DNA from: Candidatus Latescibacterota bacterium
Lineage (GTDB): Bacteria > Latescibacterota > UBA2968 > GCA-2709665
Direction of reading: 5' to 3'
Assembly (NCBI GenBank): GCA_965219455.1
Contig: OZ244744.1
Coordinates: 4,224,001 to 4,288,000 of the forward strand
Length of the DNA stretch: 64,000 bases
In this document: positions 17,803 to 27,944 of the stretch, one piece after another
Layout: the number at the start of each line of letters is the position of its first letter
Numbering within the stretch: position 1 is the first letter of the stretch
The notes under the pieces: generated by a model
Seen by the model: only the letters and a program-made list of their open reading frames with translations
Databases searched by the model: none
Told to the model about the DNA's origin: nothing
Position numbers and translations under genes: made by a program

Positions 17803-19848
17803 ATGCGTATTGGCATCGATATCGGCGGCACTTTTACGGATGTTGTGGCTGTAAGCGAGGACGGCCGTGTGGCACTCTGCAAGCTGCCTTCCACGCCCGG
17901 AGATTACGGGAGAGCCATCGCAGATGGTGTACGTCGCGTTGTAAAGGGATCGGGGGCGGACGTGACCGAAGTCATTCATGGCACGACCGTGGCAACCAAT
18001 GCCGTACTCAGCGGCACGGGTGCGCGGACCGGCCTGATCACAACACGGGGTTTTCGCGACGTGCTTGAGATCGGGCGGCTGCGGATGCCCCGGTTGTACG
18101 ATCTCTCCTGGGAGAAGCCGAAACCTCTCGTGCCCCGCTATCTCCGTCTGGAGGTGAACGAACGGATTGCCGCCGACGGCGACGTACTGGAAGCGCTGGA
18201 CGTGGAGAGTGTTCATCTTGCGATCGAACGGCTGGTTGAGGAGCGCGTGGTGTCGGTTGCGGTGTGCCTGCTCAATGCGTACGTGAATCCGGATCACGAA
18301 ATCAGGATAGGTGAGTATCTGCGGGCGGCCGGACGGTGGACAGTGACGCTTTCGTCGGAAGTCTTGCCTGAGATCAAGGAATATGAGCGGACCAGTACCA
18401 CGGTGATAAACGCATACGTGCTGCCGGTAGTGCGCAGTTATCTGAGCGATCTTCGCGGGCGTCTTCAGACTCTTGGTATCGATGCGCCGTTGCGGATCAT
18501 GCAGTCGTCGGGAGGCGTCACCGAGGCCATGACGGCGGTCGAGCGCCCAGTGCAGATTCTGGAATCCGGACCGGCCGCGGGTGTGGTCGCCGCGGCGGCG
18601 TTGGGGCGTCACATCGGTTGCGGGGACCTGATTGCATTCGATATGGGAGGGACGACAGCCAAGGCGTCACTTATCGAAGACGGGCGGATTTCCCGGATAT
18701 CGGATTACGAGGTCGGCGGCGGGTTGTCCGTTGCGGGAAGATTGATGGGCGGTGGCGGGTACGCCATTCGAGTACCCTGTATCGATCTGGCCGAAATCGG
18801 AGCCGGCGGCGGGAGTATCTTACAGGTTGATGGCGGCGGTGCGCTTCAGGTGGGGCCGGCGAGCGCAGGTGCGGAACCCGGTCCCGTCTGCTACCGGCGC
18901 GGAGGGAACCGGCCTACGCTTACCGATGCCAATCTGTTGCTGGGATACCTGAATCCCGAAGGACCGGCTGGCAGTAGCTTGCCTCTGGACGTTGCGATTG
19001 CCCGTAGCGCAATGCGGGAATGGATCGCGTCAAAGATGGATCTGGTCGAGGACGAGGCCGCTCTGGGAGCGCACCGGATCGCGGTTGCCCGTATGGTGAG
19101 GGCTGTACGCGCGGTTTCATCCGAGCGGGGCCGGGACCCCCGTGAGTATTCATTGCTGGCTTTCGGCGGCAGCGGTCCCCTGCACGCCGTCGGGATGGCC
19201 AGGGCACTCGGCATACAGAGGGTAATGGTGCCTCCGGCGCCCGGTCTCTTCAGCGCGATCGGTCTGGTCTCGGCAGGATTGCAGTACGATCTGGCACGCA
19301 CCTGCCTAAAACCTCTCCTGAAAACGGAACCGGTTGAGCTACAGTCGGCCTTTGAAAGGATGGCTGACGAAGCCAGAGAAAGATTACCCGATTCAGCAAT
19401 TGAGAATATCGTGGATCTCAGGTACGCAGGACAGTCCTACGAACTGCCAATCAGGGCACCCGAAGGGCAGTGGAGCCGCGGCACCGTTGCCGATCTCCAG
19501 GAAGCCTTTGAAGCGGAACACGAACGCACGTACGGGCACCGCTCCGAGACCGACTCTGTTGAGATCGTTACTTTGAGGATTCGCGCGTTTCTGCCCGAGC
19601 CGCCGTTGCCCCACGGGAGAGACATCACCGAGCCGGACGGCAGCGCCCGAAGACCGGCCAGCAGGCGCGCGTATTTCGGGGAATGTCGGGGATGGATCGA
19701 GACACCGGTTTTGCCTCGGCGTCACCTGGCGGATTCGCCGGTATGGGGTCCGCTCATTGTGGAGGACTATGACGCAACCACGCTGGTACCCCCGGATGTT
19801 CGCGTCCACCGGGACGACTGGAGGAATATCGTGATTGATTTGGAATGA
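17803..19848 (+). CDS. Hydantoinase/oxoprolinase subunit A (ATP-binding)
   Basis: GIDIGGTFTD, HGTTVATN, ESGPAAG, DMGGTTAK, GAGGGS, AFGGSGPLHA. Confidence 0.93.
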   Translation: MRIGIDIGGTFTDVVAVSEDGRVALCKLPSTPGDYGRAIADGVRRVVKGSGADVTEVIHGTTVATNAVLSGTGARTGLITTRGFRDVLEIGRLRMPRLYDLSWEKPKPLVPRYLRLEVNERIAADGDVLEALDVESVHLAIERLVEERVVSVAVCLLNAYVNPDHEIRIGEYLRAAGRWTVTLSSEVLPEIKEYERTSTTVINAYVLPVVRSYLSDLRGRLQTLGIDAPLRIMQSSGGVTEAMTAVERPVQILESGPAAGVVAAAALGRHIGCGDLIAFDMGGTTAKASLIEDGRISRISDYEVGGGLSVAGRLMGGGGYAIRVPCIDLAEIGAGGGSILQVDGGGALQVGPASAGAEPGPVCYRRGGNRPTLTDANLLLGYLNPEGPAGSSLPLDVAIARSAMREWIASKMDLVEDEAALGAHRIAVARMVRAVRAVSSERGRDPREYSLLAFGGSGPLHAVGMARALGIQRVMVPPAPGLFSAIGLVSAGLQYDLARTCLKPLLKTEPVELQSAFERMADEARERLPDSAIENIVDLRYAGQSYELPIRAPEGQWSRGTVADLQEAFEAEHERTYGHRSETDSVEIVTLRIRAFLPEPPLPHGRDITEPDGSARRPASRRAYFGECRGWIETPVLPRRHLADSPVWGPLIVEDYDATTLVPPDVRVHRDDWRNIVIDLE

Positions 19849-19956
19849 CCCCGGTTTTCCCTGAATCTCCTGTTTAAAATGCGGGCGGTCCTTGCGATCG
19901 TTCGCATTTTCTTGTCAATCCGGGTCGAGGACGGCACAACGGGTCTGCCGGAGGCT

Positions 19957-21678
19957 TTACATGCGCCCGGCACGGGTCCGGAGCAGGTTCGTACGTGCAT
20001 CGTCGATGTTCAACGTGTCCGGGTCGATAGCGACGCCGTACTTCTGTTCGGCGGACCGGATTGAGACTTTGCCGTTTCTGACGTCGTCGAGGACGCGTTG
20101 GGGATCGCGTTCCAGCGGGTTGCCCCAACCTCCAGCGCCCGCCAATACGTGCCGCAGAATGTCGCCTCTGTTGAGGGTGAGTAACGTCTTCGCGGGTAAC
20201 GCCCGGGCTTCGGTGTGTGGGTTCAGGATGTTTTTGGATCGGGATCCCGGCTGACCGCCCGACAGGCCGTAGGGCCGGGAGTTGTGGCGGTCCGAGCGGA
20301 TCTGCAGGGTCGCCCGTGTTTCCGTAAAACGGTATTCGCGTACAATCGAGCAGGAACCGCGATATTTGCCCGCCCCGCCGGTGTCGGGCAGGAATCCGTA
20401 TTCGAGAATCTGGAGAGGGTATTCGGCTTCGATAACTTCGGCGGGGTTGTTGGAGAAATTGACGACAATACTGGCGCAACCGTCGATTCCGTCCCGGTCC
20501 GGGCGACCCCCCCAGCCGCAGAAGAGGAACTCGAGAAAGACAAAAGGGGTACGGTCCGTACGGTATCCACCAATTGAAATACCCGTGTCTCCTCCAACTT
20601 CGCAGGCGGGCACGATATGCGGCGTCAATAGGGCGAGCGCGCCCATAATCGCATTGGCCAATCGAAAGCCGGTGAGACCTCGGGCGGCCACGGGAGCGGG
20701 CGGCACGGGGTTGGCGATCGTGGCGGACGGGATGCGGACGTCAATGGCGCGGAAGAAGCCGGAATTGGTGGGGATGTCCGAGTGCATGAGACAACGTAGA
20801 CAGGCGTACACCGTCGATCTGGTGAATGAAGCGACACAGTTGATGGCCCCCTTTACCTGCGGTGCGGTGCCGGTGAAGTCTACGGACAACGCGCTGCCCG
20901 CGACCTCGATTGTAACGGCGATGGGGATTGGACCCGGGTCGATACCGTCGTCGTCGAGTACGTCGGTAAAGCTGAAACGCCCGTCCGGCAGGGCGGCGAT
21001 TTCTGCCCGCGTTAGGCGTTCGGAGTAGTCCAGAAGTTGGGAGAATCCGCTCTGGAGGCGATCGAAACCCTGATCCCGGGCCAGGGCGACGATTGCTCGT
21101 TCACCTATGTGGCAGGCGGACAACTGGGCGCGAAGGTCGCCCAAAGCGTTGCGGGGGACGCGGACGTTGCGTTCTATAATGTCGAAGATGGCCTGGACCG
21201 GCCGGCCTGCAACGTAGAGTTTGAGCGGCGGAATGCGCAGGCCTTCCTGGTAGATTTCCGTCGAGTCGCAAGCGTTTCCGCCGGCGACCCGGCCGCCGAT
21301 GTCGGTATGATGCGCGATGGACGTCGTGAATCCGAGCAGCCGTGAGTCGACAAACACTGGCTTGTAGATGTAGATGTCCGGCAGGTGCGTGCCACCTTCA
21401 TACGGATCGTTAAGCAGAAATACATCGCCCTCTTCGATGGCGTTGCCATACCGGTTCAGGACGGCGGCGATCCCGGCCGGAAGGCTGCCAAGATGCAAGG
21501 GAAGGCATAGACCCTGCGCGACCAGGCGCCCGTCGGGGTCGCAGAAGCCGGTGGAAAAGTCCATGGAGTTTCTGAGATTGGTTGAATAGGCGGTGCGAAC
21601 GACCGTGAGCGCCATGTCGTCCACGACGGATTCCAGCCTGTTTTTCAGGAGTTGGAGTTCGATAGATGTGTACGTCAT
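19957..21678 (-). CDS. Hydantoinase B/oxoprolinase subunit
   Basis: DFSTG, HLGS, NDPYEGGTHLPD, HHTDIGG, EIYQEGLRIPP, GAGGWGNPLERD. Confidence 0.93.
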   Translation of the reverse strand: MTYTSIELQLLKNRLESVVDDMALTVVRTAYSTNLRNSMDFSTGFCDPDGRLVAQGLCLPLHLGSLPAGIAAVLNRYGNAIEEGDVFLLNDPYEGGTHLPDIYIYKPVFVDSRLLGFTTSIAHHTDIGGRVAGGNACDSTEIYQEGLRIPPLKLYVAGRPVQAIFDIIERNVRVPRNALGDLRAQLSACHIGERAIVALARDQGFDRLQSGFSQLLDYSERLTRAEIAALPDGRFSFTDVLDDDGIDPGPIPIAVTIEVAGSALSVDFTGTAPQVKGAINCVASFTRSTVYACLRCLMHSDIPTNSGFFRAIDVRIPSATIANPVPPAPVAARGLTGFRLANAIMGALALLTPHIVPACEVGGDTGISIGGYRTDRTPFVFLEFLFCGWGGRPDRDGIDGCASIVVNFSNNPAEVIEAEYPLQILEYGFLPDTGGAGKYRGSCSIVREYRFTETRATLQIRSDRHNSRPYGLSGGQPGSRSKNILNPHTEARALPAKTLLTLNRGDILRHVLAGAGGWGNPLERDPQRVLDDVRNGKVSIRSAEQKYGVAIDPDTLNIDDARTNLLRTRAGRM

Positions 21679-21735
21679 TGGAAATTTATGTTGAGGCGCC
21701 AGCCGGAAGTGAGCCCCTGCATGAAGGCGGATCGA

Positions 21736-22923
21736 TTACACGGGCGGGCGGTAGACGGTGGATGGGGGGTCGATTTCCGGGATCTGTAAAGTGTCCCAAA
21801 AGGTAGTCCCGGAAAACGGATATCGTCTGAGGTCGGGAATTGCAATGGTGGCACCGCCCAGTTCCGCCGAGCGGGCTGCAACGATGCCCGGCAGCGCATA
21901 TTCGATGGCGCGGTAGACGTCAATGGGCGAGGGTAGGTCCTCAAGCAGGATGTTTGTGAAGTGCCGGGCGACTTTCAGATCCGTTCCCCCGTGGCCGCCC
22001 GTGGCATCGTCTACGGCGGCCCGGCTGACCGGCAGAACTCTCCAGCCGTCGTTGTGACTGCAACTGTTATCGAAATAGCGGATGCATTCTTCGTAGGTAA
22101 ACATCTCCGCGCTCCCTTCGGTTCCGAAGAGTCGATAGCGGTGCTCGGACGGACGAATTGTGTTCAGGGTAACCATGATCTTGATCAGGGTGCCCTTCTG
22201 GGTGAGGAACAGGGCGATTTGCCCATCTGATCTCAAAGGCGCTTCCTTGCAGCGCCAGGGGGCGCTGAGGCAGGTAACGGATACGGCGCGGTCGTCCAGG
22301 ATTTCCAGCAGGGGGCCCAGGTCGTGGGTAAGGTACTGGATGGGGGGCTGGTCGGCGCGCCATATGGGTTTCGCATTCACGCTACCGGCGGAATGCACCT
22401 GGCTTGGCGAAAGGCGTTTGCCGTCCGGCGAGAAAAGCGTCTGCGGCAGGTAGTGAAGGTATTCCGCTTCGGCGATGGAGATGGGTCCGAACCGATCTTC
22501 CTGTATCCACTTTCGCCAGTAGGGCGCAAAACCGGCGTAACAGGCGTTTTCGGCCAGCATGTACGTGAGTCCGGTGCGTTCCACGGTATCGCGGAGGCGA
22601 ACCAGTTCGTGTTCGGTGTCTGCTCCCGGAACTTCCGAGAGAACGTGGCAGCCGGCTTCCATTGCCATGCAGGCGTGTTCAACCTGAAGTTTGCCGTTAC
22701 TGGCAATGACCACGGCATCGGGTTTACGTTCCAGGAGATCGTCGTACTCCACCAACAGTTCCGTTGGCGCGCCTTCCCTGTGCAATATTGAACGTGCCTG
22801 GTCCCGGTAGTAGGGAAAGCGGTCGCAGGCGGCAACGACTTCGGCGTTCTCGGTGGCCAGAAAGTTGCGCAGGTGGGCAATGCCTCGCCGCAGGCCCAGG
22901 ACGCCGACTCTGATTTTCTCCAT
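21736..22923 (-). CDS. Gfo/Idh/MocA-family oxidoreductase
   Basis: Rossmann start RVGVLGLRRG, HVLSEVP, YMLAEN, YLTHDLGP, GGHGG. Confidence 0.88.
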   Translation of the reverse strand: MEKIRVGVLGLRRGIAHLRNFLATENAEVVAACDRFPYYRDQARSILHREGAPTELLVEYDDLLERKPDAVVIASNGKLQVEHACMAMEAGCHVLSEVPGADTEHELVRLRDTVERTGLTYMLAENACYAGFAPYWRKWIQEDRFGPISIAEAEYLHYLPQTLFSPDGKRLSPSQVHSAGSVNAKPIWRADQPPIQYLTHDLGPLLEILDDRAVSVTCLSAPWRCKEAPLRSDGQIALFLTQKGTLIKIMVTLNTIRPSEHRYRLFGTEGSAEMFTYEECIRYFDNSCSHNDGWRVLPVSRAAVDDATGGHGGTDLKVARHFTNILLEDLPSPIDVYRAIEYALPGIVAARSAELGGATIAIPDLRRYPFSGTTFWDTLQIPEIDPPSTVYRPPV

Positions 22924-23436
22924 CGTTTACGTTTCCCCGGAAAAGTGGCGTGCGGTGACGTGGGCGTTCGAATAAACGCCGCAGTTCGACGTGAACCGTC
23001 GGGCGGTCGCGGAAGCCGATGTCCATCCGTCCGGTGGTTCGCCCGTTCGGGTGGCTCTTTTGGCGTTGTCCCCTTTATTTTGACGGGGAAAGACGGCATA
23101 CATGGTAAATCGGGATTTTTGGAATTCGACTTCCTTTCCAGCTAATATATGGAAGAGATAGCGGATGTCATTGGAAAAATTGGGGGAACGATTTGAGGCT
23201 ACCGTCGTTCTAAATGATGTAGCGTAAAGGACGGATCGGCAACTCCTTCTGAAGTAAATGATCGCCGATTTAAATACAGCATTTTCCCGCAGATATCGTG
23301 CGGGAACAGGGGTGGGGGCGGTAAAATCCCGGCGGCCGACCCCCACCCCATCGCACTTGGACGATAGCCATCGGCACGGATTTGCCAGATGCAGGGTGTG
23401 GCCGCCGAAATTCTGGCACGGTTAAGGAGGTCGATT

Positions 23437-26400
23437 ATGATCAGGCGCAATTTGATGTCCGCGATTCTTGTTGGTCTGTTCACGTATGGTATTGCGGGCG
23501 GTCAGGAGTATTTCGGCAAGAACAAGGTGACGTATGACGATTACGACTGGCACTATCTGGAGACGGAGCATTTCAAGATCTATTTCGACAAGGCGTCGCA
23601 GCCTGCGGCGGAGTTTGCGGCGAAGGAGGCGGAGCGCTCGCTGGTGCGTCTGGAGAAGGATCTGAAGTATACCTTGAAGGACCGATATCCGATAGTAATC
23701 TACAACTCGCACAACGGTTTTTCAGTGACGAACATTGCGCCGACGGAGCAGTCGGAGTTTACGGGCGGATTTACGGAGTTTGCGCAGGGTCGTGTGGTGA
23801 TACCGTATACGGGATCTTATGGCGATTTCCGTCACGTGATACATCACGAGTTGGCGCACGTGGTGACATTGGAGATGTGGACGGGCGGCGGGTGGCTGGG
23901 AGCGATGATGACGCAGGCGGCGACGTTGCCGCCATTGTGGATTGCGGAGGGTGTGGCGGAGTATTTATCGCAGGGAGGCTGGGACCGTGAGGGCGACAAT
24001 TTCATGCGTCACGCGACGATCACGGGTTATGTGCCTGGTATGACGGCATTGAGCGGCGCGTTTGCGTATAAGGGTGGTCAGTCTGTATTCGTGATGATCG
24101 AAGAGGAGTATGGCAAGGACAAGGTGGCGGAGTTTATCTCGTCGTTTCGGTCGGCGCGGTCTGTGGACAAGGCGCTGAAGGCATCGGTGGGCGAGGGTGT
24201 GGAGGAGCTGGACGAGAAGTGGCAGTTGTGGTTGAAGCGTCAGTATTGGAACGAGATCAACCTGCACCACGTGTCGGAGGAGGTGGCGAAGCAGTTGACG
24301 GAAGCGTCTGTGGGTCGTGGTTTTTACAATATCGCGCCGTCGTTTTCGCCGCAGGGCGACAAGATCGCGTATGTGACGGAGCGTCAGGGCACGTTCGACA
24401 TCTATCTGATGTCGGCGATCGACGGTCAGGACCTGGGCCGGTTGGTGGAGGGCGAGCGATCGTCGGACTTCGAGGGATTGTTCGTGCTGCGTCCCGGCAT
24501 CACGTGGTCGCCCGACGGCAAGCAGGTCGCGTTTGCGGCGAAGTCGCGTAACAAGAACACGCTGTATACGCTGGACGTGAGGAAGCGGCGCGTGACGAAG
24601 CGCTTCAAGTTCGATCTGGACGGATTGTTCGAGCCCACGTGGTCGCCCGACGGGAAAGAGATCGCGATCGTGGGGTTGAAGGACGGGTGGTCGGACGTGT
24701 ATGTCGTGAACGTGGAGGACGAGTCGCTGCGGCGCATGACGCGGGATCCGTATGACGAGAAGCACCTGAACTGGTCGCCGGACGGGGAGTGGATCGCCAT
24801 CAGTTCGGACCGACCGGCGGCGGCCCTGACGTATGACGGGTCGAAGGATTTCGTCTTCGGCACGTATGACGTGTTCGTGATCCGCCGTGACGGGTCGGAT
24901 ATCCGTCGCGTGGTGGAAAGTGAGGCGAACGACAGCCATCCCACGTGGGGGCCGGACTCGCAGACGCTGGCGTTCGTGTCGGACAGGACGGGCGTGGGCA
25001 ACATCTACATCGCGCACGTGGACGGCTCACAGGTGTATCCCATCAGCAATCTGTTGTCGGGGGCGCGGTATATCGACTGGTCGGCCGACGGCAAGAAGCT
25101 GGCGTTTACGACGTTTCACAAGGGCGGTTATGACATCTTCGTGATGAAGGACCCTCTGAAGCAGAAGCGGGGGACCGAAGATCTGCCGCTGACGCGGTAT
25201 GCGAAGCGTCTGGCGGGTATCGAAGACCGGCCGTTCGTGGAACTGCAGCGTGAGCGCAGGGAGGAGCAGGCGACGGCAAGCGCGGCGGCCGACAGCGCGG
25301 ACGTCGCCGCACAACAGGACACGGTGGTGGTGGCGGCGACGACGGACAGGAAGGTGGAGACGTGGATGTCGGATCAGATGGCGCTGGCGGCCGCCGAGGC
25401 GCGCGGCGACGACGACGAGGGCGCCGGGGCCGACACCCTGGAGACGGACGGCGACAGGGAACTGACGCTGCGCGACTGGAACAGGGAGTTCACGGTGAAC
25501 AAATACCGTGTGAAACTCAAACCGGAATTCTTCGGAGCCAACGCCGGCTTCGACACCTTCTACGGCGTCAGCAGCCTGGTCCAATTGTCGCTGACCGACG
25601 TGATGGGCGACCACCGCGTCATCATACAGTCAGGGTTGAGCTTCTCCCTGAAAGACAGCGATCTCTTCCTCGGATACCAGAACCTCAAACACCAGACCAA
25701 CTACTACCTCAGCGCGCTTCACACCCGAAACTTCTTCATATCAAACGGTCAGGTCGTGGCCGATCGCGTCTACGGTGGTGGCGTTGTTTTCCATCGGCCA
25801 TTCAATCGATTTACCCGGCTTGAAGCGAGTATGCAGGCGATCAATATTTCCCGCGAAAACCTGGGCGTTTACTCAAACCAGCCCTTTCGCGCAGGCTACA
25901 CCGGACGGGTTCTCCGGGGGAGCGGTACGCCGGTTTCCGACAACAAAGCCGTTATTAACAGCCTGGATATCGTCGACGACAACGCGTTGTATTCCCTCTA
26001 CGGGCCGACAAAGGGACGACGGGCGAGGTTGTCCTTAAGGGGCAGTTGGGCAGGAATGCGGTACGGTACCGTTCAGGGCGACTATCGGAAATACATACCG
26101 ATGCTGGATGAGTACACGTTTGCAATCCGTATGTCCGGCGGGACCAGTTTCGGTCGGAACCGGCAGATCTTTTTCCTGGGTGGGGTGAACAATTCAATCA
26201 ATCCGAATTTCGCCACGTTCGCATCCGTTGAGCGGGACCGGATATTCTTCTCCAGTTTTGTCTGGCCCCTGCGCGGCGCCGACGTGTTCGAAATGGCTGG
26301 GGACTCGTACGTGTTGACCAATGTCGCTTTTCGTTTCCCACTAGTGAGACAGCTGGCCATGGGCTGGCCGTTACCCCTTTTGTTTCAGAATGTCCAGGGT

Positions 26401-26628
26401 GAACTGTTCATGGACGTGGGTAGTGCGTTCAATCGGGACAGTTTCGAACCGTGGGAAGCGCGGGACGGTGGTTTTGAACTCCGGGATCTGAAGGCGGGTT
26501 ACGGGTTCGGTGTTCGAGTGAATATGGGCGCGTTTCTGTTCCGCTACGACCTGGCCTGGCCGACCGATTTTGCGGAAACGGGCCAACCCAAGCAGTATTT
26601 TTCAATTGACTACACCGGGTTGTTTTAG
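23437..26628 (+). CDS. Outer-membrane protein: zincin-like peptidase domain, PD40/TolB-like propeller and Omp85 (BamA/TamA-like) barrel
   Basis: AAGGAGG ribosome-binding site and signal peptide; FGKNKV, HHELAH (HEXXH), WIAEGVAEY; repeated WSPDGK; barrel motifs FFLGG...LRG and GYGFGVR; terminal Phe. Confidence 0.85.
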   Translation: MIRRNLMSAILVGLFTYGIAGGQEYFGKNKVTYDDYDWHYLETEHFKIYFDKASQPAAEFAAKEAERSLVRLEKDLKYTLKDRYPIVIYNSHNGFSVTNIAPTEQSEFTGGFTEFAQGRVVIPYTGSYGDFRHVIHHELAHVVTLEMWTGGGWLGAMMTQAATLPPLWIAEGVAEYLSQGGWDREGDNFMRHATITGYVPGMTALSGAFAYKGGQSVFVMIEEEYGKDKVAEFISSFRSARSVDKALKASVGEGVEELDEKWQLWLKRQYWNEINLHHVSEEVAKQLTEASVGRGFYNIAPSFSPQGDKIAYVTERQGTFDIYLMSAIDGQDLGRLVEGERSSDFEGLFVLRPGITWSPDGKQVAFAAKSRNKNTLYTLDVRKRRVTKRFKFDLDGLFEPTWSPDGKEIAIVGLKDGWSDVYVVNVEDESLRRMTRDPYDEKHLNWSPDGEWIAISSDRPAAALTYDGSKDFVFGTYDVFVIRRDGSDIRRVVESEANDSHPTWGPDSQTLAFVSDRTGVGNIYIAHVDGSQVYPISNLLSGARYIDWSADGKKLAFTTFHKGGYDIFVMKDPLKQKRGTEDLPLTRYAKRLAGIEDRPFVELQRERREEQATASAAADSADVAAQQDTVVVAATTDRKVETWMSDQMALAAAEARGDDDEGAGADTLETDGDRELTLRDWNREFTVNKYRVKLKPEFFGANAGFDTFYGVSSLVQLSLTDVMGDHRVIIQSGLSFSLKDSDLFLGYQNLKHQTNYYLSALHTRNFFISNGQVVADRVYGGGVVFHRPFNRFTRLEASMQAINISRENLGVYSNQPFRAGYTGRVLRGSGTPVSDNKAVINSLDIVDDNALYSLYGPTKGRRARLSLRGSWAGMRYGTVQGDYRKYIPMLDEYTFAIRMSGGTSFGRNRQIFFLGGVNNSINPNFATFASVERDRIFFSSFVWPLRGADVFEMAGDSYVLTNVAFRFPLVRQLAMGWPLPLLFQNVQGELFMDVGSAFNRDSFEPWEARDGGFELRDLKAGYGFGVRVNMGAFLFRYDLAWPTDFAETGQPKQYFSIDYTGLF

Positions 26629-26708
26629 CCTGTCCGTCGGAGGAAGAAACCATAATAGGTGTCGGCAGGTTTGCGTCTATGCGCTGTACCACCACGGAGG
26701 CCACCACG

Positions 26709-27873
26709 GTGGGCTACCGTATCACAGCGGCACTGCTTGTGATATTAGCGGCTGCGGGTTGTGGCAAAGGCGCAAACGACTCCCAGCCGGAGGATTTGTC
26801 TCCGGAGACCGGTAACGGGTCGGCGGTTGACACCAGGGTGGATGGGTTGACGGTACTGACGCTGGTCACCGGGCTGGATACGCCATGGGATCTGGCCTGG
26901 GGCCCGGATGGCCAGATCTGGGTGAGCGAGCGTAAGGGTACGATCTCCCGCGTGGATGCGAAAACGGGCGCAGTAACGGAGGTCGGTCAGATTGAAGCCT
27001 TCGAGCTGAGTGAAAGCGGGTTGATGGGAATCGCGTTCCACCCTGATTTTGAGAACCGGCCCTTTGTTTATGCGGTATACTCGTACAATGCGGGCGGAGG
27101 TTCGGAATCGCCTGGTACGGATGCTATACGACGGCACAGCGCTCGGCCAGCCCGAAATCCTATTGAACGGCATTCCCGGAGCGCCCAATCACGACGGATC
27201 CAGGCTTGCGGTCGGACCTGACGATCTATTGTATCTCACAACCGGTGACGCGCAATCACCCGCGCTTGCCCAGGATCTGAATTCGCTGGCGGGCAAGGTT
27301 TTGCGACTCGACCTCGATGGAGAGCCCGCGGTCGGCAATCCGTTTGGCACAGCGGTTTTTTCCTTTGGACATCGAAATCCACAGGGCCTGGTGTTCCACC
27401 CGTCAACCGGTGCACTCTATAGTACCGAACACGGGCCCCGCGATAACGACGAGGTGAACCTGATTCTGGCCGGGCGGAACTACGGTTGGCCAGGCGTCCA
27501 TGGGTTTTGCGACAATGATGTCCTTACGGGCGAGACCGCATTTTGTACGGCAAACAACGTGGCGGAACCGCTGGCGTCCTGGACGCCGACAATCGCCCCC
27601 GCAGGCGCGGACATTTACGAGGCGAATCTGATACCCGGATGGAAAGGGAGCCTCCTGTTTACGACGTTGAAGGGGCAGGCGCTCTGGCGTCTGAGCCTAT
27701 CCTCCGACGGCCGGCGCGTGACGGACCGGGATGGCTTGTTCCGCGGCGCGTTCGGCCGGCTGCGGGATGTGCTGGTAGGGCCCGATGGCGAGGTGTACCT
27801 GGCCACGAGCAACCGGGACGGGCGGGGTCAGCCGCAGACGGGCGATGACCGGATCCTGGTCGTCACGCCATAA
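26709..27873 (+). CDS. PQQ-dependent sugar dehydrogenase-like lipoprotein (soluble GDH/YliI type); frameshift at about 27100
   Basis: Lipobox LAAAG-C; GLDTPWDLAW, GLMGIAFHPDF, HDGSRL, GHRNPQGL, EHGPRDNDEVN, GRLRDV. Two overlapping ORFs join if one G is removed from GGCGGAGGTTCGG. Confidence 0.82.
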
Positions 27874-27944
27874 GATAAAACAGGGCAGTAAACACGTTTC
27901 CACGTTCCGCCATATGGCGGCTGTTACAATTCAGGAGGTACGCA

